Origin: Neophaeotheca triangularis
Lineage: Eukaryota
Direction: 5' to 3'
Assembly (NCBI GenBank): GCA_054600435.1
Contig: BAAIJX010000015.1
Location: 1 to 64,000, forward strand
Length of the DNA stretch: 64,000 nt
In this document: in pieces, positions 38,501 to 50,147 of the stretch
Layout: each line of letters opens with the position of its first letter
How positions within the stretch are numbered: position 1 is the first letter of the stretch
Made by a program: the position numbers and the translations under genes
The notes under the pieces: generated by a model
Database searches by the model: none
What the model was told of the DNA's origin: nothing
The model's input: the letters and a program-made list of their open reading frames with translations, nothing else

Positions 38501-38711
38501 GTGGGATCCCATGGTCGAAGAAGCCTGGTTCAAGAGCTTGGACACGCGCTTCGGCGGCGACGACATTGCGTGCTTTGTCGATGGCGGGGAAGTTAGCGAA
38601 TGGGCGGGCAAGTCGCTTTCGAGGCAGTACGGGGGCGAGTGGTTGGGGAATGTGTGGGCTAATGGCGGTGGAGGTGGCTTTTCCGGCGATAGGGGCGGGG
38701 GGGCTGTTTGA
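35529..38711 (+). CDS. Zn(II)2Cys6 transcription factor with fungal-specific TF domain and Q/P-rich C-terminus (start may be GUG at 35367)
   Basis: ACERCRRSKIKC..CRSCENSGRTCNY, LPFLHRPTF and EVRRRTFWSCFIMDRYLSSG. In-frame intron at ~36853-36904. Confidence 0.9.
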   Translation: MRSQIACERCRRSKIKCVNNGPGTTCRSCENSGRTCNYPSPGSGGGRRKEGSISGARPDGYEYGEKRVKVRKTAHAAPTSHAAQRESPRPLTDALDATLLTPSVWMQLFDIFQLHYSADLPFLHRPTFLKPLQQSTMQPPPGLMASQAPIGATRPPASPEFLLAFLALTARFHPVLVEQHSPPTATRASNPLIAAEYYAVAAHEHVASAWTGNDSGLHIEKIQAALMLGLHEWGMCRGAKAWLIVGGAIRSAQAMGLQYDQDLDDEPMSRSLALEGELEKLGLPTGQSGKSSAMGQGDEEWAFINQEVRRRTFWSCFIMDRYLSSGKYRPQMLHARELRIQLPASERSFTFAEKVRTLMLGEEERDVASRDQVQNNRQESVRHGTGEEPGFARNHSINGVLAHDNDEGLLEIGDDEGLVSRYIKILEIYGKVIRWSCAGGRRYATPPIMFNGTLLISSRVEQYPPWDSRCEWFKLRRLCTEFKASLPRQHVLTARNTQAHIDQKTSPPYTLVHTLLALCLIMLHREYVPFIPIRCPKPQGPLDPPLFPKDRFDVPEGFWEESARECFKAAREMMDLVQTCQQWNALVETPIVGFAIYTVAFVGVYCINFPNMDPDGFMCTQPSSKPSGPSAGESEGFKAARKALETVGQMRPRLYMADGWFKTINRMHKYFRRMKSDYKKNVNSNASGSDDSPIAGSHTSVREGGIGGGLDEYTRLERVLKDFGNLEDEEVEIKDISERHSSRPLDAVYDDSPDNTTVKSEEADNRHASSETSRQQQDGPWKAVNTIPGADVSRQPSMSAPANGPFRSYDSYHPQPTQSQPPQQTQQQAQSAYTPLHLNNFRPAYSSETPVPPGGAPPSLTSPASHSATTASQPSPPFDRGNPMYAGWTPHNAAYTPKTPQHHSQQQQPYSNAPTHQQQFQQQQQQQQHHHLQQSPTHQMHHQPYATYPAYPSPSQQPTQQQQQQAQHIPSHLPPQPQMSDPVPPPRPAPVWDPMVEEAWFKSLDTRFGGDDIACFVDGGEVSEWAGKSLSRQYGGEWLGNVWANGGGGGFSGDRGGGAV

Positions 38712-39336
38712 GAAATCTTCTACGCTGGAGTGTTGAGGGTTTCATATCGTTGAATTGGGCAGTGAGCTGGGTTTTGTGGGAGCTGTAAAGGGGGTTTTGC
38801 TTGGTGGGTGGGAGGGTGATGATGGTCGTGTGTGGCGGGGGAGGCCGGGGATCGGATGTTTTGATGGTTTGATGTTTTTGGGGACTTTTTACGGGCATGA
38901 CTTGGGGTTTTATACCATGGACTTTTGGGTGGTCATGAGGGATCTGGGGTTCAAATCGGAGGCTCATTTTTCAGTATGGGTACTGCTGCTGCCAGCTATT
39001 GAGAGAGCTTTACCTTTTTGGTGCCATGGCTAAAGCAAGGGATGAGGATGAAGCTGGTTCGGCTATGATTCTTGTATGTCTATAACAAAGTGAATGAGTT
39101 TCGGATGAAACATTGATCGAGCAATTTTCTTAGGGGGTCTGGATATTTAATCTCTCAGTCTACCTAGTACCTGTTTCTCGGTGATCTCGGATCTGTCTTG
39201 CGACTTTGATGGTACCTTGCATGTGTCTGCCCCGCATCCACACACTATATAGCTTTCTTCACATCTCTCAGATAAACTTCAACTCCGACAACACCCACGG
39301 CACCTCTACCTCCTACTTCACTCAAACCAAATCAAC

Positions 39337-40375
39337 ATGGCCTCCTCCCCTCCCAAGTAAGCCACACACACACCCTACCCAGCTCCACCCACAAAGATGC
39401 TCACGCTGATTATCCAGCCAGACCCCCAGCAATCCGGGCCTGTCTCTTCGACATGGACGGCCTGCTAATCGACAGCGAAGACCTCTACACCATCTGCACA
39501 AACGCCGTCCTCCATAAATACGGCAAACCCGACTTGCCATGGAACATCAAAGCGCAAATGCAAGGTCGACCGGGTCCAGAAGTAAGAGAAAAACACCACC
39601 ACCACCACCACCACCACCAAGATCAAACCCAGTCTAACCCCCCTCTCCCCTCCCCCACAAATAGGCCGGCAACATCCTCTTCAACTGGGCCCAACTCCCC
39701 ATCCCACGCGACCAATACCAAGCCGAAATCGCCGCGCTCCAAAAACAGCACTTCCCCAGCACCCAAACCCTGCCGGGCGTCCCCACGCTGCTGCAAACCC
39801 TCGCCCACCACACTTCGCCCCCAATCCACCTGGCCCTGGCCACGAGCTCCCACGCCGCCAATTTCCGCCTCAAAACCGCGCACCTCGAGCCCGACTTCGC
39901 CGTCTTTGCACCCGAGCAGCGCGTCTTGGGCGACGATAAGCGTATCGGTAAAGGCAGGGGCAAGCCGGCGCCGGATATTTACTTGGTGGCTTTGGAGACT
40001 GTGAATGCGAGGGTCAGGGCCGAGGGGGGCAGGGAGGTACGGCCCGAGGAGTGTTTGGTTTTTGAGGATAGTGTGCCTGGGGTTGAGAGCGGGAGGAGGG
40101 CCGGGATGCAGGTGCTTTGGTGTCCGCATGTTGGGTTGTTGGGGGAGTATAGGGGGCGGGAGGAGTTGGTTTTGGCTGGGTTGATGGGGGAGTTGGGGGA
40201 GGAGGGGGAGGGGCGGAATGAAGAGTTGGGGGTTGTGAGGGGGGATGGGAGTGGGAGGGTCAAGGGCCCGCCCGGGGAGGTGGGCGATGGGTGGGGCAGG
40301 TTGGTGCGCAGTTTGGAGCGGTTTCCTTATCACGAGTATGGGATTCTGGTGGAAGAGGGGGAAGGGAAGTTGTAG
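39337..40375 (+). CDS. HAD-superfamily hydrolase (HDHD1/pseudouridine-5'-phosphatase-like), 3 exons
   Basis: IRACLFDMDGLLIDSEDLY, LATSS, GRGKPAPDIYL and CLVFEDSVPGVESGRRAGM. Confidence 0.88.
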
Positions 40376-40454
40376 GGGTGAGTTATGGAAGAAGCGTTTG
40401 ATTGAGGGGGGGCTTGTGTGGAATATGGAGGCACCGTAGATAGGGCGTGTTCTT

Positions 40455-42907
40455 CTACATCAGACAGCCGTTTTTGCGGCTCGAGTGCAGTTCCGACATG
40501 CCCAGCTTGCGTCTCCTCCCGCTTGCTGTCTCTTCGTAGACTTGGACGATCCATTCATACCACACCTTGCGATCGTCCGTCTGCCGCCACATTGAAACCT
40601 CCATGGCGGCATTGTCGGGAACGTAGAGCGGTGTCTGCATGAAAAGTCAGCATGGCCCCATCGACTAAAAGCTCTCCAAACATACCTTCAACGGGAAAAA
40701 TATAGGGAACCAACTAATCATATCCTTGCTCTTGCGCTCCATGGTCACGGGATTCGTCGACAGCTCGACCCTCCCGCCATCCACACCCTGATACAGCACC
40801 GTCTCAAACCAGCCCGCCAGCCCATGACAAACCCCGCGGTACTGGCACGAGAACCGCGCCTTGCAAGCGCGCGAGTTGTGCTCATTACTGCCGTCGCCGC
40901 CCACGGCGCCCCCGGCTCCACCCGCTTCGGCGCCGCCGCCCGCTCTCGCCTTTGCTTGCTCGAGACCGGCGTCGGCCGCGGGATGCGCAAACGCCCAGGC
41001 CTCTTTCACCCCCGGCTCCGTCTCGTCCGGCGTGTCCGAGGCCAGGCAGAGGTAGTCGGTCTGGTGCAGCATGACGACGTAGGGGATTTCCCACTTCTCG
41101 GGCATGGCGCGGGAGACGAGGTCGGCGTGGATGCGGGGCGCGGCTATGGGGGACAGGTGCGCGCTGTAGCTCTGCGGGATGGAGATGCCGTGACGAGGGT
41201 GCAGGACGTGCTGGACGCCGTCGAGGCATTCGGGGGACAGCTCGTTGTCGGCGAAGCTGCCGAGGAGTTCCGACACGATCATGTCGAGTTTTTGCACGCG
41301 GTTGTTGACGCTGGGGCCGGCCCAGGCGCGCATGTCGGTTTTGACCACGCTGACTTGCTTGTTCCAGAGGGGGTCGGTGGCGTTGCGGTTTTGGAGCAGG
41401 ACGTGGGCGTTGGGGTTCTTTTCCACCGCCCAGCAGCGGACTTTGATGCCCGTGCTGAGGCTGGCTTTGAGGACGCGCGTGACGAGGGGGCCGCGTCCGG
41501 AGCCCACGACGGCTACGAGGATTTCCCGGTTTTGTTGGTCGTTGGTGAGTTTGGTGTTGAGGTCTTTGAGCGCGGCCGCTACGGCGCGCTCGTACCATTC
41601 GTATTTGATGGGGTCTTTTTCAAACACTTCGTAGGTGATGCTTTCGAGGTTGTCGGTTAGGGGTTGCAGGGGGGATTGTAAGTAGTCTTGGTAGCCTTGA
41701 CCGAAGCGTTCGAGAATGGAGCGCGGGGGTTGGTTATCTTGCAGATGGCGAAGGTAGCGAAGGTGTGGGATCGGGTCGGCTGGTTGTTCGCGAGACTTGC
41801 TGGCGGACTCAGCGGGTGTGGGTTCCGATGTGGTGGTTCCTGCTGGTGCGTTGGGGTCTGGGATGGGTCCGACGTCGCTGAGCAGGATCCATGGTGGGAA
41901 GCGTAGACGGATGAAGCGAGAGAGTAGCGCTTGCTGGGGTTTCGAGAGGACGGGGTAGCCCTTTTGGTTTCGGAGAAAGCATGTTCGAGGCAAGACTAGG
42001 AGACGGATTGACTCAGAGTGCCAACGGGATTGAAGCGGTTCGTGGGGTAATTGTCGAGGGACTTCGAGTACTGTGGGAAAGGTGGTGAGTTAGTTTTTAC
42101 TCACCTTTACTCGATGGACATATCCCGGTCTCGGCAGCAGTATGAGCAGTCGAGGATCAAGCAAGGATTGAATGTAGGAACGGGAGTCTCATAATTTTTC
42201 ATACCTATCGAAAGTCTAGCGTGGTAGTCGCAAAAAGTTCGGATCTCATTCCACGTATCCCACGAACTGTAACGATCGTCTATTTCCTCATCGGCTTCTT
42301 GTTCTTCTCCGGCATACTGCGGCCTGGCGAGCTCGGCGAGATGATCATCACAATCGGTATCAGTCTCGCGCTCTCCGTACATTGGCAATAGCACGTGTAG
42401 AGAAAGGTATGGGCCTGCTCCTAGAGCTTCTAACACGGCTCGCGAGAATTGCATGGTTCCTGTGTTGGATTGGGGTCCGGGGACGATGACATTGTTGCAG
42501 CCGCAGAAGGCAGCGTAGGCCACTTCCTGGTTGAAGACTTGTCGGCTGACGTGCGCAATGAGCGGGTCCGACGATCCCAGGTCTATCCAAGGGCTGGTCA
42601 CGGCGAGGATGGCAGAGTTGCTGTCCTCTGGTGCTAGAGCAGTGTCTTCCGGTGTAAAGGGGGATATAAGTGGTAGTGGCAGGTCGCTGGGAGTTGGAGC
42701 CTTGGAGCTGCTCTCAATGTATTCCTGGACTTTGGCCAAGACTCTGGTTTTGAAGTGGGAGTTGGTCACTGGACATGTGAGGAGATCGTAACCAGCGTTT
42801 TGAGCGTGTGCGAGAAGTTCGCCGGGTGCTATATCTGCCTGGCGATGGGACTCATGCTGGCCGATCCAAAACATGGTGGCAGGCTCTTCTGGCAAAGCAG
42901 CGGCCAT
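40455..42907 (-). CDS. PRMT5: Protein arginine N-methyltransferase 5 (Hsl7/Skb1), 3 exons
   Basis: YQDYLQSPLQPLTDNLESITYEVFEKDPIKY, VVGSGRGPLV, VSELLGSFADNELSPECLDG, SWFPIFFPLK and KVWYEW. Confidence 0.95.
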
Positions 42908-44972
42908 GTTGCCGGATGAATGTAGAGATTCTTCCTAGATTTTCTAACCCGGACAGTCAATACTAATTGTTGTCGGCCGAATCTACTATCAGTAGAAAAG
43001 CCTCTCTTTCCGGTCCTTTGACATTAGCAGAAGAAATGGTTAGGGTTGTCCAGCAAGTCTCAACTTCGAGTAATGGAAGTTTCGGCGATTTCTGACTTGA
43101 TGGCCCGTGCACTACGATTGCACCGCGACAGCACACCTAACCCCCAATAGGCATGCCATCTTTCGTCGTCTCTGAGATAACACCAGACAGACACTCAAAC
43201 ACACAAAAGCTAGACTGTTTTCAATCGAAATGCTGAACAAGGACTGCTGACTGCTCTCAGTAGTCTTTGACTTCCACTTGATAAATCGGCACAACATGCT
43301 CATTCGATCTAACTAACAGAATCCTAGGAATCACTTGCTTATGGGACGCAGTAGTCGTGATTTCTGCGGCCAAGTTTCTCGACGAGTCTTTGCGGTCGAC
43401 GCTCGACTATTGACGATCAAGCGACGAGAGGGTGCTACGTGCTCAGGTGCCGGAGGAGTGTCGACGTCCATTTACCTTGCACGGTGCTCGGTTCAATCTT
43501 GCCCCAACTTTACTGTGTAGGAGATGGCTGAAGGAGACTTTGCTTTACACATTACGCTACTTAGGAAGGGTATTTGTGGGATCGTGAGGGTTCTTGTCAA
43601 GACCGTTTGAGATGCTGGATTCGACGTGGATTTACCGCGTCTCGTGGTCCCGGTGATACTCGTCAGCAGGATCGGGTTCGATAAGCACGAATGGAGTGAG
43701 CGATGGCGCGGTTTCCGGGGGACGACGTTCGTTCCCGTCTCTCTCAAGACCAGCGCCGTTCAAATTCTCGACGCCTGTCGCGGAACATGGGGAACCACAC
43801 GTTCGCGCCGCTACGCGTTGAACCGCTTCTACCTAGAGGATACATACCAAACCCCTCGTCACGCTCCCGTTTAATGCTAGGCCTATCGCTGCGCACGCTT
43901 CTTTGGTGGATAGGGTAGCACACGGGTCCGCGCCGACTCACCCACATTTCCCATCCCCCACACGCAGCGAGGCTGTAGAACAGTGGCATGCGGTTTTCCC
44001 CTGTCCTTCCGGACGACGTCGGGAAAGGCCAGACGGCTTGCATTAACAGCAGCTACCCGGGTCTAGGACCCGTAGAGCCCCTGAATCGTTGGGTTGGCAC
44101 GGTCGCACAGAAGAGCAGCATTGCGTGCTCAGTGGGAGCGGCTGACGGCTAAAGAGTTTGTGACAGACGCGAGATTCCGTGGGCTGGTTTCTTTGTGTAG
44201 CTGCTGTAACCTGTTTTATGTCATGTTTGGTCGGGAGGGCTTTCAGCTGTAGTGCGAAGCTAGGTACCTTGCTATGGTGGGGACGGATACGACATGGCAC
44301 GTTCGGAGGCGGATGTGAGAAGCCGAGTTTGGAAATACTTGCGCTGGGGAAACTGCTGGTCCGGTCGAGGGGTAGAAGGCTGGAAGCCTGAAAGGGCTTT
44401 TTTGTCTGGTCGGGACTTGTGCTACGGAATGCGAGACAAGGGTTGCCTCGCTGCGGTGCAATCCACGCGCAGGGAGCGCGGATGCCGGTGAGAAGGGTCC
44501 GGAACGTGCAAAAGACGATGTTGGCAGCTGGGATAACGACAATATAGTAGTATCATGTCCATTCGGCCAAGGTTGATCCTGTTGCGGCGATGGGATGAAT
44601 GAATTGTGATGTGACTACACGGCAGCAGGGCGTAGCCAGGACAACGGCCACGGCTGTTGCGTTGTCCAAAGGTCTACAAAGCAGAGCTTGACCCTGTAAG
44701 GTGTAAGGTATGTACGAGTCGCTTGGGTAGAGATGCATCTCTTGCAGCGAATGGAAAAGTTAGTGTGAGATGGAGATTTTCTCATGGCGAATCATGCCGG
44801 TGGCACTTCTCGGGGGCCTCGTGCTTTCCGCTTTTAGCGGCGTGGAGGGCATGCAATAGAGCTCGCTAAAACTGGATAGGTATTTTCTAGTCGGTGAGGC
44901 ATAAATACATATGTAGATACTGTATACAAACAAGAAGCGAGGTGAGAGTGTGAGAGTGAGAGTAAGACATGG

Positions 44973-45035
<63 letters not shown>
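44973..45035. repeat. (TAC)21 microsatellite
   Basis: Perfect tandem TAC repeat. Confidence 0.95.
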
Positions 45036-45037
<2 letters not shown>

Positions 45038-45382
45038 AGTACCTAGTAAAACGTCGAGTGTGCTCAGGTTGTGAAAGCGCATGTAGCCGTGGTGTAATTG
45101 GATAAAAGAAGCATCCATGTGGGAGTGCAGTAGGCTATAGCAGTTCATGCAGGCTACAATAAGTAAATACCTGGATAGGTACAGTAGGTACTCGTACTAG
45201 TACAATACCTATAATGACAAGTCGCCTAGAGAGTTATTAAATAATACTCGTTGTGTAACGCCGTGGATGTGATGAGAAGAGACGGGGATTAATGCGAGTA
45301 CCAGTCAGTGCCGGCATAACTACAGTACAAGTACAAATAGTAGTAGAGCTGGAGTCTTCTGACTACAGATATATAATCTTAC

Positions 45383-45423
45383 GATTGCTATTGATATTGC
45401 TATTGCTATTGCTATTGCTATTG
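45383..45423. repeat. Imperfect (CTATTG)n microsatellite
   Basis: gattgctattgatattgctattgctattgctattgctattg. Confidence 0.8.
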
Positions 45424-46219
45424 GTCTTGGACGACGCCTTACAATACCATTTTCGGGCCGCCATACAGGGCAGCTAGCTCATCTGCGTGAGGTGGTAGTC
45501 GCAGTGGTAGTGGCAGCAGGCAAACACTCGACGCTGCTGATTGCCAGGAGCACCTCCTCATCCTCCTTCCTATACCACTCTCAAACCTCACCGCCGAATA
45601 CGATACCTATTTGATTAAAAGGGACCAATTCTTAGTCAACTCTTGGTCAATTATTACCTACCAGGGGCCAGGTTGAGTGAGACTTGAGACTTGTCTGTGC
45701 GCCGAGCGTGTCCAATTTGCTTTTGCCTCCATCCGGACCATCCCTGTCCCCGCGAAAGCCACAGAGAGTACTGTAGTCAGTAATCAGTCCCCCGTTGAGG
45801 CCAACGACTAGCGCGCGCAACTGCCAACCACCACCACCACCACTACCAACAACGACCGCTTCTACTCTCTCCCTCTCTCCCTCTCCCTCCTCCCGTCTTC
45901 TTCCTCTCCACCTTTCCAAAGGACATCCATCCGGACCCATCATCACTACCTGACCAAACAAACAACCAACCTCTACCACCACTCAGACTCTACGAGATTC
46001 CACCCCGGATCTCGTACTGATTTGCATTCACGCAAATCACAACAAACCTACCAAATGTACCCTTCGACACAGAGCCGACAATCCTCTTCCTCTGCTCCCC
46101 CGTTGCCGAATAGTCGACCTCACCGTCCAATATAAAGACCATTGCCGAGACTCGGACTTTGAGGACAGATTTGACCGCTCCTTCTTGACGGCGCGTCTGG
46201 ACGCCCACGTCGCTTCGCG

Positions 46220-47467
46220 ATGTTCCAGACTCAGTACGCGGTGCCCCCGCCCTATTACATGCCTCACGACTACCGCACGCCGCCTGCGACACCCCCAGCG
46301 ACGGGCCCTCATGCGTACTACTCGCCTAGGCACTATGCTTACACCTCGACTCCTGCAAAAGGGCACACTCGACGAGCCACGGGCGACGCGACCTTCACCT
46401 ACACCTACACAACCCCACAAAAGACCTCATACTACACACCCCAAGACTACTATTCGCCCAGCTACCGGAAGACTGCGCAGCCAACTTCCCAGCGAAAGCC
46501 TGATTATGTAAGTGACTCTGATCGCTACTACGAGGGAACCCGACATGAACGGGTACCCGCGTACGGCGGCAGCGGGAACAAGCAGCGAAGAACCTCGAGC
46601 AGCAAGTACTACAGCACTCGTTGGGCGCAATCCGTCTACGACGACTACGCCGATTATGCCTATGAGTCACTGCCACGCTACGAGAAGTATCCTCCTCGCC
46701 CGCCGCCGTACGAGCGACACCAGAGTTACCACCACCGCCACGTGCCACGTACTGATCGTCACTACTATGATCAGGTGCCAATCTATACATCTGCAGCCGA
46801 ACCAACCACCACTCGTCCCCGACCACGTCGTTCTTCTCACACACAACACGAAGGCACGCTGCCACGTCGGCCAAGGCCGAGCACCACAGCCCCGCAACAA
46901 GCGCCTCCCAAGGCGACGGAAGAGGACGCGCGACGTGCAGGCATACCCGCAGGCTACTCCTACAAAAACTGGGACCCGACAGAGGAGCCAATCCTCCTCC
47001 TTGGCAGCGTCTTCGATGCCAACTCGCTAGGAAAGTGGATCTATGACTGGACAGTCTTCTTCTACGGCCCAGCAACACCCATGTCTGAAGTCGCCGGAGA
47101 GCTCTGGCTCTTGCTGATCCAACTCGCCGGCAAAGTCAAGCGCGCAGAAGAAGTCATGTCCCGGATCCGCCAATCTGCAAACCGCGACCTTGTCGATGAC
47201 TTCCTCGAGTCCGGCGAGCGGCTCTGGCAGCGTTTCAACAAGTTGTTGAAAGTGTGTGAGAACTACATGTGGAAGGCTGCAAAGAGGGAGAATGGGAACG
47301 CCAAGAACGTCACCATGGGCAAAAACAGCGGATGCGAGTTTGTGGACTCGATCTTTGGTCGCGATCGCGAGCTGGAGAAGACGGAGAAGCTGATGACTGG
47401 CATGCGGCTGTGGTCGATGCGTTTTGACGCGAATTGCGAGGAGATTATTCGCAATCCTGCCGTCTAG
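46220..47467 (+). CDS. Conserved fungal hypothetical protein with Y/P-rich N-terminus and helical C-terminal domain
   Basis: 415-aa ORF with IPAGYSYKNWDPTEEPILLLGSVFDANSLGKWIYDWTV and TEKLMTGMRLWSMRFDANCEEI. Confidence 0.85.
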   Translation: MFQTQYAVPPPYYMPHDYRTPPATPPATGPHAYYSPRHYAYTSTPAKGHTRRATGDATFTYTYTTPQKTSYYTPQDYYSPSYRKTAQPTSQRKPDYVSDSDRYYEGTRHERVPAYGGSGNKQRRTSSSKYYSTRWAQSVYDDYADYAYESLPRYEKYPPRPPPYERHQSYHHRHVPRTDRHYYDQVPIYTSAAEPTTTRPRPRRSSHTQHEGTLPRRPRPSTTAPQQAPPKATEEDARRAGIPAGYSYKNWDPTEEPILLLGSVFDANSLGKWIYDWTVFFYGPATPMSEVAGELWLLLIQLAGKVKRAEEVMSRIRQSANRDLVDDFLESGERLWQRFNKLLKVCENYMWKAAKRENGNAKNVTMGKNSGCEFVDSIFGRDRELEKTEKLMTGMRLWSMRFDANCEEIIRNPAV

Positions 47468-48615
47468 GTGGCGAATCCGAGCGCGGCGAACATGGTCACG
47501 CTCTGCTTCCTTGCTCAGCCACACGCAAACTACTCCCTTTCGAGTCACGAAATCCTTGGCACTGGTCTCGAGAGCACCTCTACCAACCACCTACACACCG
47601 AAACCACATCGTTCAAGGAAGAAGCCGACGGTTGCAACCAACCGCGAGCCCACCTCCCTCCCACACTAACCACGTCCCCAAACACCCACCCTCCTTCGAG
47701 CGCGCAAATTTGTTCTTCAAGCGACACAGCATTCCTGGCTACTCTTCGGGCGGACAAAGCGACAGCAACAAAAGTACCTTCAGCCATATACCCCCTTTTT
47801 TGCAAGTTTAACTGTTCTTCTGCTTTTGCTATCTTTTGATTTAGAGGGAGACTGCTAGTTGCATTTGCACGCGTTGGAGGCGAAACAGGATTTTTTTGCT
47901 ACGCTATTACTGATTTTCCCTCACTGCCGAACGCGCGGGAAGATTAGAGGTTGTGCTTGCTACATTTAGATCGATTGGTATTATTATTGATTGACTCATT
48001 GCTTGAGACCGACATTGCTGTCTTTGCTCTTTGCACACTACCGCCCTTCACTACCGCCACGGGGCGCTCTCCTATCGTCAGTCACCGCCTTGTCGGGCAG
48101 TACTGCATCAAAATGCCCTGCCGACACGTCAGCCAATAAGGGCGGGGAGGATTCCTAAGACCCACGGTTGCTAATAAAGTACCCAAGGTACGTACATACA
48201 TCCACATCACCCCTCCCTCCCTACATTACATCTGCGATCAGACCGGCGCTCGTTGAGCGCCAGACGGTAGTAGATAGAGCCAGTCATCCCGACGCGGCTG
48301 CTGCTGCTGCGAACCGCGATCAGCGATCAGCGAGCGCTCCGCTTGTCTGTCTACAGATGACTTGTATCGAGCCATCCGCCGCTTCACCTGCCCTCTCCCG
48401 CGCTCACGTCTTTACGTACCGTAGCTTTCTCCTCTTGTAACTACACCAACGGCAGGGGATAAACACCGCGTGCCGAGCTCTCTTTACCAACCCAACTGAA
48501 GCAGTCCGCGAAGCCGCTGGGCGGGGGAAAAAAAGAAAGTCCTGCGAGGGGACGAATCATACCTACCTCATCTCTTCAAAAAATACGATTAGAACAAGGT
48601 GAAAACAAGATACCT

Positions 48616-48650
48616 GATAGATAGATAGATAGACAGATAGACAGATAGAC
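48616..48650. repeat. (GATA/GACA)n tetranucleotide microsatellite
   Basis: gatagatagatagatagacagatagacagatagac. Confidence 0.85.
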
Positions 48651-49111
48651 ATGTCTCGGACCCTTGCGCAATCATCATATACGAGCCTCACTCTTCTCTC
48701 TCTCTCTCTCTCCCCCCCCACCTATCTATCCGCTTTCTTTTGTAAAGCCCGAGCGAGCCTCACGTGCGAAAGAGTCGCGGACTTCTGCTGCGAGGGAGGT
48801 TTCTGGAAGCCTTGGGTAGGTAGGCTGCTGCGGTACGGTATCTACTGAGCTATGTGGTTATTGGTGGCCAGTCTCGCAAAGCTTGGGGGGGTAAGGGTCA
48901 TGCGCGTCGTGGGCTGCTGGCGCCGACGCTTGGTGATTATTGCGGTGATTGGTGTGACGAGAGAGAGAGAGAGACGTTTGTGGTGGCTGGAGGCTCTGTG
49001 ATTGGAAGAGAGAGCTGGCGAATCGTGCGCTTTCTGGCAGGTCCTGTCACTCGCTCCATCACCGGGGTTTAATTCGCTTCGGAAACCGCCGACTTGACAG
49101 TTTTAAGGCGG

Positions 49112-50147
49112 TCACTCTTGCCGCTTCAACGCCTCAACCACGTGCGTGCTGTTGGCTCTGAAGCCGTTGAGGTCCGCGTTGTATCTCACCATCTGCTCGG
49201 CATACCAGGGACTGACGGTCGCGGCGCAGTCCTCGACGTAGACGGTGTCGAAGCCTTTGTAGTAGGCATCGATCAAAGTGCCCCAGACGCATTGATCGCT
49301 GTTGACGCCGCCGAAGAAGAGCGTCGTCAAGCCGTTCTCCTGCAGCCAGAGGCCGAGCGGCGTCTGCGAACCCCAGAGCCCGGACAAACGGTCTGCGGCA
49401 ATGAATGCCGTCAGCCTAGGTCGCAGGTCCCGCTTGGACACGGTTTGAGGTGAAGGGGAAAAAGGAGAGGCGAAACTCACTTTTGTCGAAATGGAGATCC
49501 GTCCCCTTGTCCAGACCCTCAACCATAGCCGGCCACAATTCACCCCAGGGCCTGGCATTCCACGCGCCCCGGGTCAACTTCCGGCCCATTTGCACCTCGG
49601 TGCCGTCGTCCTCGGTCAAAACCCCCATGTCGGTGCCAAAAGTCGTGTCCATGGACCCATCGCTCGCAAACCCCTCGAGAAAACTCGGCGGGATGGTGAC
49701 AAGGTCGTAGTCAGTCAGGCCCCAATTGAGCCACAAGACTTTCATCCCGTTGGCGCGGAAAGCGCGGATCATGTCCAGGGTGGGCCCGACTGCTGCGCGG
49801 CCCAGCTGGGCGTTGGGCCGGAGCTGCGGGTGCAGGAAGTAGTTCTGCATGTCTACGATGACGAGCGCGGTGCGTTGCGGTTCTATGACCGCCTTTTCGC
49901 GCTTTCCGAGCATGGGGATGGTTTTGGGGGTGCTGGTGGGCATGCGGTTCGAGCGGGTTAGGTCGTAGAGGGTTCCGTTGGCGGTGGTGTGTTTTTGCCA
50001 GTGGTTGTAGTAGTTGCCGAGGGTGGCGGGGTTGGTGGTGTTGAGGGTTCCGACCAGGGCTGTGTCGAAGTTGGCGGTGTCGTAGAGTTGGGAGAGCGCT
50101 GTGGGTGCTAGGCCTGAGAGGCACGGCAGGAGGTGGAGGAGATGCAT
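49112..50147 (-). CDS. Isochorismatase/cysteine hydrolase family protein with putative signal peptide, 2 exons
   Basis: TALVIVDMQNYF, FDK|NRLSGLWG and GGVNSDQCVWGTLIDAY (D-K-C triad). Hydrophobic N-terminus MHLLHLLPCLSGLAPTALS. Confidence 0.88.

Noticed and set aside
42072..42110. Internal GTGAGT in the PRMT5 intron as a twin intron or alternative donor
   Set aside because: Only 34 nt from the acceptor and adjacent to the branch point, which is too short to splice.
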